Source: a virus
Taxonomy: Duplodnaviria; Caudoviricetes
Strand: one strand, 5' to 3'
Virus record (IMG/VR): IMGVR_UViG_3300035512_000144
Coordinates: 9,940 to 73,939 of that record
Length of the DNA: 64,000 bases
A program made the position numbers and the translations under genes. Of the stretch, positions 37,401-46,259 are shown in pieces (position 1 is the stretch's first letter; the number at the start of each line of letters is the position of its first letter). The notes below the pieces were generated by a model. That model was not told the origin of the DNA. It did no database searches and saw only the letters and a list, made by a program, of their open reading frames with translations.

Positions 37401-37742
37401 TTACTCTTCCTTTGTTTTCCTGCCCTTCTTCTCCGGCTCTGCCGTATCTTCCTCCGTCTTGTTCTTGGAGAGAGCGAGAAAAAAACCGGACTCTTCCATC
37501 TCTTTCGACATCGCCTGAATGATTTCATCAAACTTGCCGCCGCCGATGATGTGTTCCTCAATCTCTTTTCCTGCTTTTTCCCTTGACTTGTTGGAACACA
37601 GGCTGAAATATGCTCTAACCATGCTCATAGGCTTGTCCTGCATCTTCTCCATAGAGACACCGCAGTCCTCCAAATCAGCAATCATGTTGAAGTCAAAAGG
37701 CTTTGCCGTGTATACTGTTCCATTCACCGTGAATCTGTTCAT
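37401..37742 (-). CDS. Tail assembly chaperone G
   Basis: Position; ESGFF slippery site near the C-terminus. Confidence 0.8.
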   Translation of the reverse strand: MNRFTVNGTVYTAKPFDFNMIADLEDCGVSMEKMQDKPMSMVRAYFSLCSNKSREKAGKEIEEHIIGGGKFDEIIQAMSKEMEESGFFLALSKNKTEEDTAEPEKKGRKTKEE

Positions 37743-37780
37743 TTTGTATCACCTTTCCCTTTCTCGATGTATAGGGGAAA

Positions 37781-37802
37781 GGGGCAGCCCGAAAGCCGCC
37801 CC
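37781..37802 (-). terminator. GC hairpin after the major tail gene
   Basis: GGGGCGGC-TTTCG-GGCTGCCCC followed by TTT. Confidence 0.55.
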
Positions 37803-37904
37803 AAACCTATCATGTTAAATCTTCCTCATCAGACTTTGCGTCTGATTTCTTTGTGGCTGTATCATCATCGCCGCTCGTCACAGCCGTACTTTCAACCGAG
37901 TGGC

Positions 37905-38360
37905 TCACGCTTTTCCCACGTCAACTGCCGTGTCCCAACCGATGAAGTTATTCGTGGTGCAGTTCATAACGAATGTCAAAAGACCGTTCTGGTCAAGTGA
38001 ACTTGCCGGAATCTTAGTGGGAACTTCCGCGATAACAAAGTTCTGCTTTGTCTTTCCCGGTACTTTTGTAAGGAAACATACCTTCTTGCCAAGTAATGCC
38101 TCCCACTCTGTCATGGTCTCGTCTGTGTCATTGACCGTGATCGCGTAAGAATCAGTTACGGTACTTCTGCCGGCAATGTTCTTTGTCTCGTAATCTTCAA
38201 GTGCTGACGCATCAATAGCCTCCGGCTCAACCGTAATCTCGCCAATCTGATTGATACGTGTCAACTGTGTGTAGCTGTCTGCATCGGTGATTTTCTCGCC
38301 GTTCTCGCTGACTGCCGCCCACAGCGTAATGCCAAGTGTAGATAATCCTACTTCTGCCAT
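37905..38360 (-). CDS. Major tail protein
   Basis: LSTLGI, EPEAIDASALED, IAGR; position. Confidence 0.8.
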   Translation of the reverse strand: MAEVGLSTLGITLWAAVSENGEKITDADSYTQLTRINQIGEITVEPEAIDASALEDYETKNIAGRSTVTDSYAITVNDTDETMTEWEALLGKKVCFLTKVPGKTKQNFVIAEVPTKIPASSLDQNGLLTFVMNCTTNNFIGWDTAVDVGKA

Positions 38361-38425
38361 TTCTGTTTACCTCTCTTTCTAAAATTGCGCATAAAAATAA
38401 GAGGGATAAACCCTCTTTCCTTTAG

Positions 38426-38833
38426 TTACCATGTGACAACATTACTTGCCCCAATCACCCATGCCACCTTTAGCGTGTATCTGTATTCCGATACATCTGA
38501 ATATGTCGGTATGGGATTTTGGATAATCCTCATGTTACCACTCAAAATCTCTGCGATGTATTCAGCTATCGTCTCACAAGTGCTTTCATGGTCGTTGCTG
38601 AACACATCTATTGTATAAGTTTGGTCTACTGCACTTACGCCGCCGTCAAATGTCTGCCCCATCTGCCTATCGTCTGACTTATAAAACCTCACATATGGAA
38701 ACGCTGGCGTTGTTTTCCTAAGATATTCCGTTCCGCAGTTAATTGACGGATAAGTGTCTGAAAACTTCTCCAAGACCTTCTTATTGACAAAAGCGTATAT
38801 GTTACTTTTTAAAGTTCTGCCGTACCATGCCAT
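38426..38833 (-). CDS. Tail terminator protein
   Basis: FPYV, TIDVFSN; position. Confidence 0.7.
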   Translation of the reverse strand: MAWYGRTLKSNIYAFVNKKVLEKFSDTYPSINCGTEYLRKTTPAFPYVRFYKSDDRQMGQTFDGGVSAVDQTYTIDVFSNDHESTCETIAEYIAEILSGNMRIIQNPIPTYSDVSEYRYTLKVAWVIGASNVVTW

Positions 38834-38841
38834 GACCTCAC

Positions 38842-39390
38842 CTACCCGAATATCTTTTCAGCCGTTTTGATAATCTCCGACTCCATCTGTGTGTATGCTT
38901 TGTATACTGGCTGTTTCGGCTCTATGCCGTATGAATGATGCCATACACCGTCCAAATCCTGCCAATACCAACCGTTAGGGTCAAATGCGTGCGTCTGACC
39001 AGGGAACGTACCGCGCCCTACACCCTCAACGCCCATTTCCTCCGGCACCTCGGCTTTCATACCGCTGCCAAATTCCACCATAAGCAGCGGTGACACATCA
39101 GCCGATTTCACGCCGTCTTTTGTTTGCCACTGACTGACAATGTGACCTGTCTCTGTCGCATACAGAATGGCACTGCAACCGCTCTTAATAGGCTCAATTT
39201 CCATCGAAAATGTGATGTATTTACCAAACCCTCCAACGTTCTGTTGCGCTGTCTGTATGCCGCTTTCAGCAAGTTCCTTGACCAGTTTTTCACACTTGTC
39301 CGCCAAATCTCTTTTGTAATTATCAATCTCTTTCCGCAGTTGCTTGATTGAATCAGAATCGAGAATGTTACACGTAAGAATTTTACCCAT
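38842..39390 (-). CDS. Neck/tail completion protein (HK97 gp10-like)
   Basis: MVEFGSG, GW, HSYG.P; position. Confidence 0.65.
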   Translation of the reverse strand: MGKILTCNILDSDSIKQLRKEIDNYKRDLADKCEKLVKELAESGIQTAQQNVGGFGKYITFSMEIEPIKSGCSAILYATETGHIVSQWQTKDGVKSADVSPLLMVEFGSGMKAEVPEEMGVEGVGRGTFPGQTHAFDPNGWYWQDLDGVWHHSYGIEPKQPVYKAYTQMESEIIKTAEKIFG

Positions 39391-39557
39391 TATGAACCAA
39401 CTTTTTCCCCATCAATATACATAATGTATTTGCCACCGCATTCGCATTTTTGATTGCGGTCATACACATTCCAGTTCTTGTTTGATTCTTGTTCATTTTT
39501 AGGCTGTAATTTTCCGCAATTTTCACACTTAAATTCCATTTTAGGATATTTTGCCAT
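39390..39557 (-). CDS. 55-aa Zn-ribbon protein (not in ORF track)
   Basis: MAKYPKMEFKCENCGK...KCECGGKY; RBS GGAGG. Confidence 0.65.
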   Translation of the reverse strand: MAKYPKMEFKCENCGKLQPKNEQESNKNWNVYDRNQKCECGGKYIMYIDGEKVGS

Positions 39558-39567
39558 TTTAGCCCTC

Positions 39568-39909
39568 CTACAAAATTTCTAACTCTTGGAACACTTTGAA
39601 AATCTTTGGAGATTGAATTGAAAGCCAATCAATCAATTCCTCATTCTCTGCATAGTCACTTTGACTTCTCAATCCGCTTTCTCCAAAAAACGCATGAAAA
39701 ATCTCATGTCTTAAGACTTTTTTCTCATACTCCTCAAATTTTTCCACACACATAACATCATTTCTCGCGTCTGCAAAATCATTTATTACAATTTCTTTTG
39801 AATACTGCTCACATAACCCATTGCATTCTTTTAATTTAGGGTTATCATTTTCAGATTGAGTTTTAATTTCATATTCAGTTCCAAGAATATTTACTGTTCT
39901 GTTCTCCAT
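39568..39909 (-). CDS. HExxH metallopeptidase-like protein
   Basis: LRHEIFHAF, NEELIDW. Confidence 0.65.
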   Translation of the reverse strand: MENRTVNILGTEYEIKTQSENDNPKLKECNGLCEQYSKEIVINDFADARNDVMCVEKFEEYEKKVLRHEIFHAFFGESGLRSQSDYAENEELIDWLSIQSPKIFKVFQELEIL

Positions 39910-39916
39910 GTCGCAC

Positions 39917-40351
39917 CTACTTCACCAACGCTTTCAGCACATACTGCGTAAAATTTTTGCTATCAAGTGGTTTTATTACCATGTAGTCTGCGCTCGTTGG
40001 CTCTGGTATTGTTTTTTCTGCGTCCTTATAGACTATTTCAGACTTATCCCATATAAGTGCGCCCTCCGCAATCGGATAAGCGTTTTTAGGGCATACACAT
40101 GTTGCGTTGTAATCGGTAACCGACAATCCATATCCCTTCGCCTCTGCGTCTCCGCCGCCCATAGCAACTCCAGAACTAAACTCAACAGGCTTTGTGTACA
40201 ATATCTCTTTCTCTCCAGTAGGCACCGGAACCTGTTCACCGTCTACCGTGATAGTTCTGATATTGCCGTCAGAATCACGCTCGTAAACGTCAACCTCACC
40301 ACTCTGCAAAGAATAATATAATTTTTGCTGATTTATCCTTATCGTCCGCAA
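39917..40351 (-). CDS. Head-tail adaptor (stopper)
   Basis: Position in the neck module. Confidence 0.6.
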   Translation of the reverse strand: MRTIRINQQKLYYSLQSGEVDVYERDSDGNIRTITVDGEQVPVPTGEKEILYTKPVEFSSGVAMGGGDAEAKGYGLSVTDYNATCVCPKNAYPIAEGALIWDKSEIVYKDAEKTIPEPTSADYMVIKPLDSKNFTQYVLKALVK

Positions 40352-40354
40352 AAC

Positions 40355-40660
40355 TTAATCGTCCTTTCCGTCCAAGCGAATAGTTATTTCATCAAGCCGC
40401 TTGTGTGCCTGTTTCACGCTTTCCTCGACCTTTATCAGTCTGTCATTGTGGGATTGAATATCATTCCTCATGGACGCTATCTCATTCTTCACGTCCTGCA
40501 TTGTGGAAACAATATTGTCTAGTTTCGTGTTGATGATCGTGTCTGTTTTGACTCTTTCCTCAATCTCTTTCGTGTCAGAACGTTTATTGTTCTTCATTCC
40601 GAAGAAAATAGAAAATGCCACTGAAACAATGGAAATCAACAAAGCTAATTCTACCTGCAT
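40355..40660 (-). CDS. TM plus coiled-coil protein
   Basis: MQVELALLISIVSVAFSIFFG; LIKVEESVKQAHKRLD. Confidence 0.65.
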   Translation of the reverse strand: MQVELALLISIVSVAFSIFFGMKNNKRSDTKEIEERVKTDTIINTKLDNIVSTMQDVKNEIASMRNDIQSHNDRLIKVEESVKQAHKRLDEITIRLDGKDD

Positions 40661-40771
40661 AACCAACTCCCCTTTACTGCAAAAAATTCCATTGCCCAAC
40701 CACCACCTAATATGGAATACCCTTACAGCGTCCTGCCGTGTTTCCACAAACAGAACGCCGCGCACAACTGC

Positions 40772-41134
40772 TTAAATCTTTGCAAACGGCACAACGCCGC
40801 AAAATAACTTGTTCCTGTCCGTGTAACTCCGCGAAATAGAGTTCTCGTTGTGGCTACTCTCAAAATCTGCACCGATGGTGTTGTAATCGTAGAGTGCCAA
40901 ATTGCGGACATTTGAATAATACTCATACATATCCGCATTTATCATCTCGTCCGTGTAACTCTCCGGATAACTTCTCGCTCGTTTCACTTCCCGCAAAGCA
41001 TTATGGATTTTGGAGAGCAGAAGAACCTCATTGAAATTTTTATCCGTCAATGACAATTCAGCCTGCAAGTCTGCAAATATTTCCTGCTCCAGCGTCAATG
41101 TCATTCCGGTATCAATGCTGTTTGTTTCTTCCAT
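40772..41134 (-). CDS. Head-tail connector
   Basis: GADFESSHNENSISRSY; position. Confidence 0.7.
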   Translation of the reverse strand: MEETNSIDTGMTLTLEQEIFADLQAELSLTDKNFNEVLLLSKIHNALREVKRARSYPESYTDEMINADMYEYYSNVRNLALYDYNTIGADFESSHNENSISRSYTDRNKLFCGVVPFAKI

Positions 41135-41152
41135 ACTCTCACTTCCTTGCTC

Positions 41153-41521
41153 TTACAGATTGAAATGTTCAATCAGTTCCTTTTTCAGTTCACCGCCGCT
41201 CTTGCTCTCCACGTCTGAAAGATTCTCCTTTGTCGCAAGTTCTTTCAGTTCCGCCGTGCTTAAACGGTTGATATCTGTCTTTGTATAGGTTTTATCCGTG
41301 TCTGCGGTTTCCTCAACTGGCGGATTCATGTACTTGGAGAAATCGTCCTTTCCGTTATCCGGCTTGATTAGCGGTTTCCCTTGCTTATTGTTTTTGCTTG
41401 CAAGCTCCGCAATTCTCTCATTGCTTACTGTCATGCCGTCCCGGGGGAATTTATCCCCCGGATTGTACGGATAACCTAAGTCCTGCAAATCTGTAAAAAA
41501 TGAAATTACTTTGTAACTCAT
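41153..41521 (-). CDS. Capsid-associated protein with Rho-N-like C-terminus
   Basis: YNPGDKFPR, RIAEL, LSTAELKELA. Confidence 0.65.
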   Translation of the reverse strand: MSYKVISFFTDLQDLGYPYNPGDKFPRDGMTVSNERIAELASKNNKQGKPLIKPDNGKDDFSKYMNPPVEETADTDKTYTKTDINRLSTAELKELATKENLSDVESKSGGELKKELIEHFNL

Positions 41522-41533
41522 TCAATCACTCCC

Positions 41534-42526
41534 TTACGCGCCTGTTCCTACCATCTGTACCTTACGAACAATGTCTGTAGGAATTTCCGTGGAAAGACCT
41601 GTGATTTTTCCTGCGTACCATTCCGGACCGTGGTCTAAGCCCATCTGACCAAAAATCTGTTTCTTTGTTCCTGCGCCTGTTTTTGCAAGTTCCTCAATGA
41701 AGAAATTGCCCTTGCCCGGAACCATCTGCTCAACAGGTGCCATAACGGTCGGGTCAAATGCCGTTACTGTTCCTGCCGGAAGATATTTCAGTGTACGAAT
41801 ACCGATTGCTCCAAGTGGAGTAAGCACCGTATCAATGTTAATGCCGTTGATTGTTCTGCCACTTTCCACAATGGTTAAACCGTTTACTGCCGCATCTGCG
41901 TTAAGCTGTAATCTGCTGGTGCTGTCCACGCCAAGTACAAGGCTGTCAATCGCGCCGTTGGAATCATCAATCAGTTTCATAAGTTCGCACACAAGCAGGA
42001 ATGTCAGTTTCTTGCCATCTGCCGCAATAATGTTAGATGTAATTGCGTTCAAAAGACCTCTTGACTTATTGGCTACTGCGTCACCTGTGGATTTCTGAAA
42101 CTCACCGTTGATAAAGGTGTACTCAATATCCTGCGCAATTTTCGCCATCTTTGCTGCCACCTGGAAATCCTCTTCGTTGATAGGATTAGCAGTCTGACCT
42201 GCGATATTGATACCGCTTAAGGAACCCATGTTTGACATCTTGCCGTAGGAAATACCTACAGATTCCTGATAAATCTGCGTTACATTGGTTTTCTGCTCCC
42301 TTGTAACTACACTTGCGTCCGGTGCTGTCAAAGACTGGCTCTCGGAAATCTCCGGCTGTGTGCCTGTTGCTGTCTCATATTCCTGCCCGGTCACAAATTC
42401 TGTGCTGTTCGTGTACTTTCTCTTTGCCCCGATAAGTGTGGAAAACGGTGTCTTTACGTTGCCCTTATTGAAGAGCATACCGCTGTAGTTCAAGACTGAA
42501 CCACTTGTTGCATACTGTTCTGCCAT
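41534..42526 (-). CDS. Major capsid protein
   Basis: TPFSTLIG, NVTQIYQESV, QIFGQMGLDHGPE; follows the scaffold gene. Confidence 0.85.
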   Translation of the reverse strand: MAEQYATSGSVLNYSGMLFNKGNVKTPFSTLIGAKRKYTNSTEFVTGQEYETATGTQPEISESQSLTAPDASVVTREQKTNVTQIYQESVGISYGKMSNMGSLSGINIAGQTANPINEEDFQVAAKMAKIAQDIEYTFINGEFQKSTGDAVANKSRGLLNAITSNIIAADGKKLTFLLVCELMKLIDDSNGAIDSLVLGVDSTSRLQLNADAAVNGLTIVESGRTINGINIDTVLTPLGAIGIRTLKYLPAGTVTAFDPTVMAPVEQMVPGKGNFFIEELAKTGAGTKKQIFGQMGLDHGPEWYAGKITGLSTEIPTDIVRKVQMVGTGA

Positions 42527-42568
42527 TTCTCATTACCTCTTTCTTTCTGTTGTTTGTATTGTTTATAG

Positions 42569-43144
42569 TTAGCTGTTCGCCTCGTTCTGCTGACGAATAA
42601 GTGATGCCATAGCAACCATATCTCCATTTGCCTGTGCCTCTGCTATCTGTGCAGAAAGGTCAACTTTACCTGTTCCGTTTCCAGCCGGAGGGTTCATGTT
42701 GTATTCTTTTTCCCAAGATGAACGGAGTGCTGCCGCCTGCTTGTCGGAAAAAATCTTCTCATTTGACAAGACAGTTGCGCTGTCACCATTGAGAAGTGCT
42801 GTTGCTGTCTCGATAGCAAAATCTTTGTCAAACCCTCTCTCTTTGTACTGGTCTGCGATATCCCTAATCTGGTCTTTCTTCTTCAACTCATTGTTTTCCG
42901 CAATCAAAGAATCCCACTGTGACTGCTGATCTGCTTTCTGCCGTTCCTCTTCTGACATACGCTCACGCTCTTTACGCTTGTTCTCAGCAACCTGTGAAGA
43001 AAGCGTATCTACCTTGTTCTGTAAAACGTTGCTTTCCTTTTCGTGGTCTGCCCGCGTCATGTAAAGTTCATGGAACTTTGCCATTGCCTCATCTTCTGTC
43101 ATGCCGTCCACATAGGAACTGCCAAGTAAAGTTTTCCAATCCAT
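42569..43144 (-). CDS. Capsid scaffolding protein
   Basis: Charged coiled coil upstream of MCP; start at MDWKTLLG. Confidence 0.75.
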   Translation of the reverse strand: MDWKTLLGSSYVDGMTEDEAMAKFHELYMTRADHEKESNVLQNKVDTLSSQVAENKRKERERMSEEERQKADQQSQWDSLIAENNELKKKDQIRDIADQYKERGFDKDFAIETATALLNGDSATVLSNEKIFSDKQAAALRSSWEKEYNMNPPAGNGTGKVDLSAQIAEAQANGDMVAMASLIRQQNEANS

Positions 43145-43285
43145 AATGTTTACCTCTTCTTTCTGTTTTCTTTTCTTTTCTTGAAATTTGCTCGTTACCG
43201 TCTTTCTCTGACGTTTGCGAAATTTGTATTGCGCTGTCTCTAGCGCATATAAAAAGACGCTGGATTTCTCCAACGTCTGATTAAC

Positions 43286-43885
43286 TTAAAGATATAAAAT
43301 TGAACATCTGCAATTTGCTGTCTGCGATATATCGCCATTGACAGTGTCATGCGGATATAGCATATAGCTACTTCCGACTTTGAAATATTCCCTGATTGGA
43401 ATTGTTGTGCCTCCAACCAGTAAATGGCTTTTGCGTTCTCTGTTGTCTTTTAAATCAAGCCAACGTTTCCGCGTCTTGCCTTGTTTGATTGCCTTAAAAT
43501 AATCACTTGCGTTATATACTTCTGTTGCCTCATTCTCTGCAATCAATACCGCCCTGTCATTGGATAAATAATATTCATCATCAATGCGGTTTTTTGTTGT
43601 CTCTAATGTGTTTTTAGCAAATAACGGTATATATTTCTCAATCCAATCTTCAGAAACTCCAACATTTGATATTGTTCTTTTGTATCTCTGCTTAAAGTTC
43701 TGTATGATTGTTTCAAAATCATTTTCTATGTCAGATATGGCTATCAAATCAAACAAAAAGAAAATATCTTCCTCTATCTCTTCCGCAAGTTTTATTCTCT
43801 CTTCTTTCTGCTCTTTTGTTATGTCCATGCTGTTAAAATACTGCCGGAAGTGAAGTACATTTAACTGGTCGATTGATTCTGGCAT
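43286..43885 (-). CDS. Minor head protein (Mu gpF-like)
   Basis: KRW...D.RERKSH, YP.D, NCRC. Confidence 0.8.
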   Translation of the reverse strand: MPESIDQLNVLHFRQYFNSMDITKEQKEERIKLAEEIEEDIFFLFDLIAISDIENDFETIIQNFKQRYKRTISNVGVSEDWIEKYIPLFAKNTLETTKNRIDDEYYLSNDRAVLIAENEATEVYNASDYFKAIKQGKTRKRWLDLKDNRERKSHLLVGGTTIPIREYFKVGSSYMLYPHDTVNGDISQTANCRCSILYL

Positions 43886-43886
43886 A

Positions 43887-45437
43887 TCAATTTATCTCTC
43901 CATAAGGACTGCGCTGCGGCTGATCGCTTGCGTCCTGCATGATTTTGGAAGAATCAGGGCTTGTCTGCTGCTCATTTGTTGCAGGCGTTGTTTTATCTCC
44001 GCGAATCTTCTCCACCATCTCTTTACTGTCAACCGTAAATTGCTGTGGGTCTGTGGCAAATCCGGCTATTGTAGTGGCATGAAGTAAATCCGCTCCACGG
44101 TCAACCATTGTAGCCCACGCATTTACCTTTGTCGCAAGGTCATATGTCTTATTCCGTGAATGCTTAATACCAACATCTGACGCTCTAAGACTTCCGATAT
44201 CAGCATCGTCCTTGTCCTTATCGTGTCTCGCAATCGCAAGCATTACCTTTATAGACCTCATTTCCGACTGGTCAAATTCTTGCTCACTTGTCTGCGCCCT
44301 TGTATCAGCCTCGGAATATCCGTTACTCATACTTGTGGCACTTCCAGTTGAACCACCTGTTGAAATGCCAAACATAGGTACGCCGCTGATTTCCTGGCTT
44401 TCTTCTTTCAGATAATCAACATATGACTGGATTTCCGACTGATTCAAAGTCTGTGTCAGATATGTGATTTTCGCGTCTCTTCCATCTCCTGTTGATTTTG
44501 TAACAATCAGTCCGTTTCCATCAACAAGTTTCTGTTTTCCCTCATCGTCAATATCGCAGTTATGGAACCATAACAAAGACTGAACAAACTGTGCTATATC
44601 GTTTGCCCTGTCTGAATTTACTACATTTAACTCATCAAGTATGGAGATAACGCTTTCAAAGCAAGCAAAACTTCTTCCCTGAATATTTCTTTCGTTTGCA
44701 TATTCAACAACCGGAATCTCGCCATATACCCACGGAGTCATTTTAAAATTTGGCTCACTGTGCGAATTTAACCCAACTCCACGTGTGATTTCAAAATAGT
44801 TTCTCCTGCTCCACGCGCCAATCTTAATCGTTCCGTTTTTCAGAATGCTATATGTAACGCCCAACATAGGCTCCCTAAATGCGTCATTTTTGTAAACAAC
44901 AAATGCCATTGTCGGGTTAAGCGTTGTGATCTTAAACAGTGACAGTTCATTCTCATTGTCATTTGGCAATATAAGTCTGTAGCCTAATCCGCAAGATTTA
45001 AAACTGTCAGCAAGCAACACATCTTTGGATGATTTGCTCTGCTCCCTTAACATTTCATTTAATGCCGTTATGCGGTAATCGTCCTTAATACTTTCATCTT
45101 TCTTGAAAATCTTGTTGATTATTTTTGCAAGTTTTCCTTTAAGTGCCTGAACCTCTCCGGCTTGTATGTACGTGATAGGACTGCTGTATTCATATCCGAC
45201 TTTAAAATTCTTAATCCGGCTTGCAAGATTTAAAACAACCTTTTCATTGATTTCAGGTCTTACTTCCTTTTCCCTGTCTCTAATAGGCTGTATTCCGGCA
45301 AGATAATCAAACAGAAAGATTTCTTCACTGACATTCTCCATGTGTATCGGAAATGCCGTGTCGATAATGTCAAGGATATTCTCTTTTGTCACCTCGTCAT
45401 AATCGGTGAATATCATTCTTCTGCCTGCTGTTATCAT
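43887..45437 (-). CDS. Portal protein (SPP1-like)
   Basis: 516 aa; IPVVEY.NE, E.VISILDE, SDRANDI. Confidence 0.85.
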   Translation of the reverse strand: MITAGRRMIFTDYDEVTKENILDIIDTAFPIHMENVSEEIFLFDYLAGIQPIRDREKEVRPEINEKVVLNLASRIKNFKVGYEYSSPITYIQAGEVQALKGKLAKIINKIFKKDESIKDDYRITALNEMLREQSKSSKDVLLADSFKSCGLGYRLILPNDNENELSLFKITTLNPTMAFVVYKNDAFREPMLGVTYSILKNGTIKIGAWSRRNYFEITRGVGLNSHSEPNFKMTPWVYGEIPVVEYANERNIQGRSFACFESVISILDELNVVNSDRANDIAQFVQSLLWFHNCDIDDEGKQKLVDGNGLIVTKSTGDGRDAKITYLTQTLNQSEIQSYVDYLKEESQEISGVPMFGISTGGSTGSATSMSNGYSEADTRAQTSEQEFDQSEMRSIKVMLAIARHDKDKDDADIGSLRASDVGIKHSRNKTYDLATKVNAWATMVDRGADLLHATTIAGFATDPQQFTVDSKEMVEKIRGDKTTPATNEQQTSPDSSKIMQDASDQPQRSPYGEIN

Positions 45438-45448
45438 TTCCTACACCT

Positions 45449-45640
45449 CTAGTAAAACGTCATTCCGCTTGCCGTTGTCCGCAGCGGATAGTCACTAATC
45501 CTCAATTCTTCTGTCTTTGGTTCGTATGTGATCAACTTCCTGCATTTCCTGCATATCGCTGAAATCCTTGTTGACCGCCTGCCGTCATAATGGATAACCG
45601 CCCTGTTGCATATGGGGCAGTATATTGTTTTCTTTTCCAT
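45449..45640 (-). CDS. Small Zn-finger protein (Mu Com-like)
   Basis: CPICNR...ICRKCRK. Confidence 0.65.
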   Translation of the reverse strand: MEKKTIYCPICNRAVIHYDGRRSTRISAICRKCRKLITYEPKTEELRISDYPLRTTASGMTFY

Positions 45641-45812
45641 TCTGTCCTCATTTCTGAAATGCAAAAAGCACCGCCATTTCTGACGATGCCTTTTGGTTGA
45701 AGGAGATTTGTCAATGTATTATTGTATGTCCATTTTGCTGAATTTATCATAACTGAAAATGTATTATGCGTAAATATGAAAAACTATGCAATATTATGCA
45801 AAAATGTGCAAA

Positions 45813-46247
45813 CTACTGCACACTTTCAAGATATTCGCTCCCATACAGCCTTTCAAACTCCTGTAAAGCCTGTCCATGAATCATAAATACCTTTCGCAGA
45901 CTCCAGTTTGTGCTTTTTGCAATTTCTTCAAACGTTTTCTCACCAATGTACCGCAAAGAAAGCACATTGTAAAAATCATTGTCCTCCATAGAGTCTATCT
46001 GCCAGATTATACATTTTCTGATATCCAAAAAATCATTGACTAAGATGTCTGTCTCTTCCTCTAAATCAACAATTTTTGCAACTGTACTACCCAGCCTGTC
46101 CTTGTCAGAAGAAGTCTGCACCCTGTCACTTTCATTAGATACAGTCACGCTGCAAGCCATTGTCTTTAACTTGTATATTTCAGATAATTTGTTTTGAATC
46201 ATATTCTCTAATCGTGCCACTTGCTGTAAATATGTTTTTGTTGTCAT
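45813..46247 (-). CDS. Late transcription activator (ArpU/RinA-like)
   Basis: YLQQ, VLSLRYI, FEEIA, HGQAL. Confidence 0.75.
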   Translation of the reverse strand: MTTKTYLQQVARLENMIQNKLSEIYKLKTMACSVTVSNESDRVQTSSDKDRLGSTVAKIVDLEEETDILVNDFLDIRKCIIWQIDSMEDNDFYNVLSLRYIGEKTFEEIAKSTNWSLRKVFMIHGQALQEFERLYGSEYLESVQ

Positions 46248-46259
46248 AACAACCCTCCG

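Noticed and set aside
37820-37835. Second hammerhead (CTGATGA on the minus strand)
   Set aside because: No matching GAAA or stems; it lies in the tail-protein frameshift extension
39383-39628. 81-aa ORF in the track
   Set aside because: An overlapping frame (39390-39557) has a proper RBS and Zn-ribbon motifs
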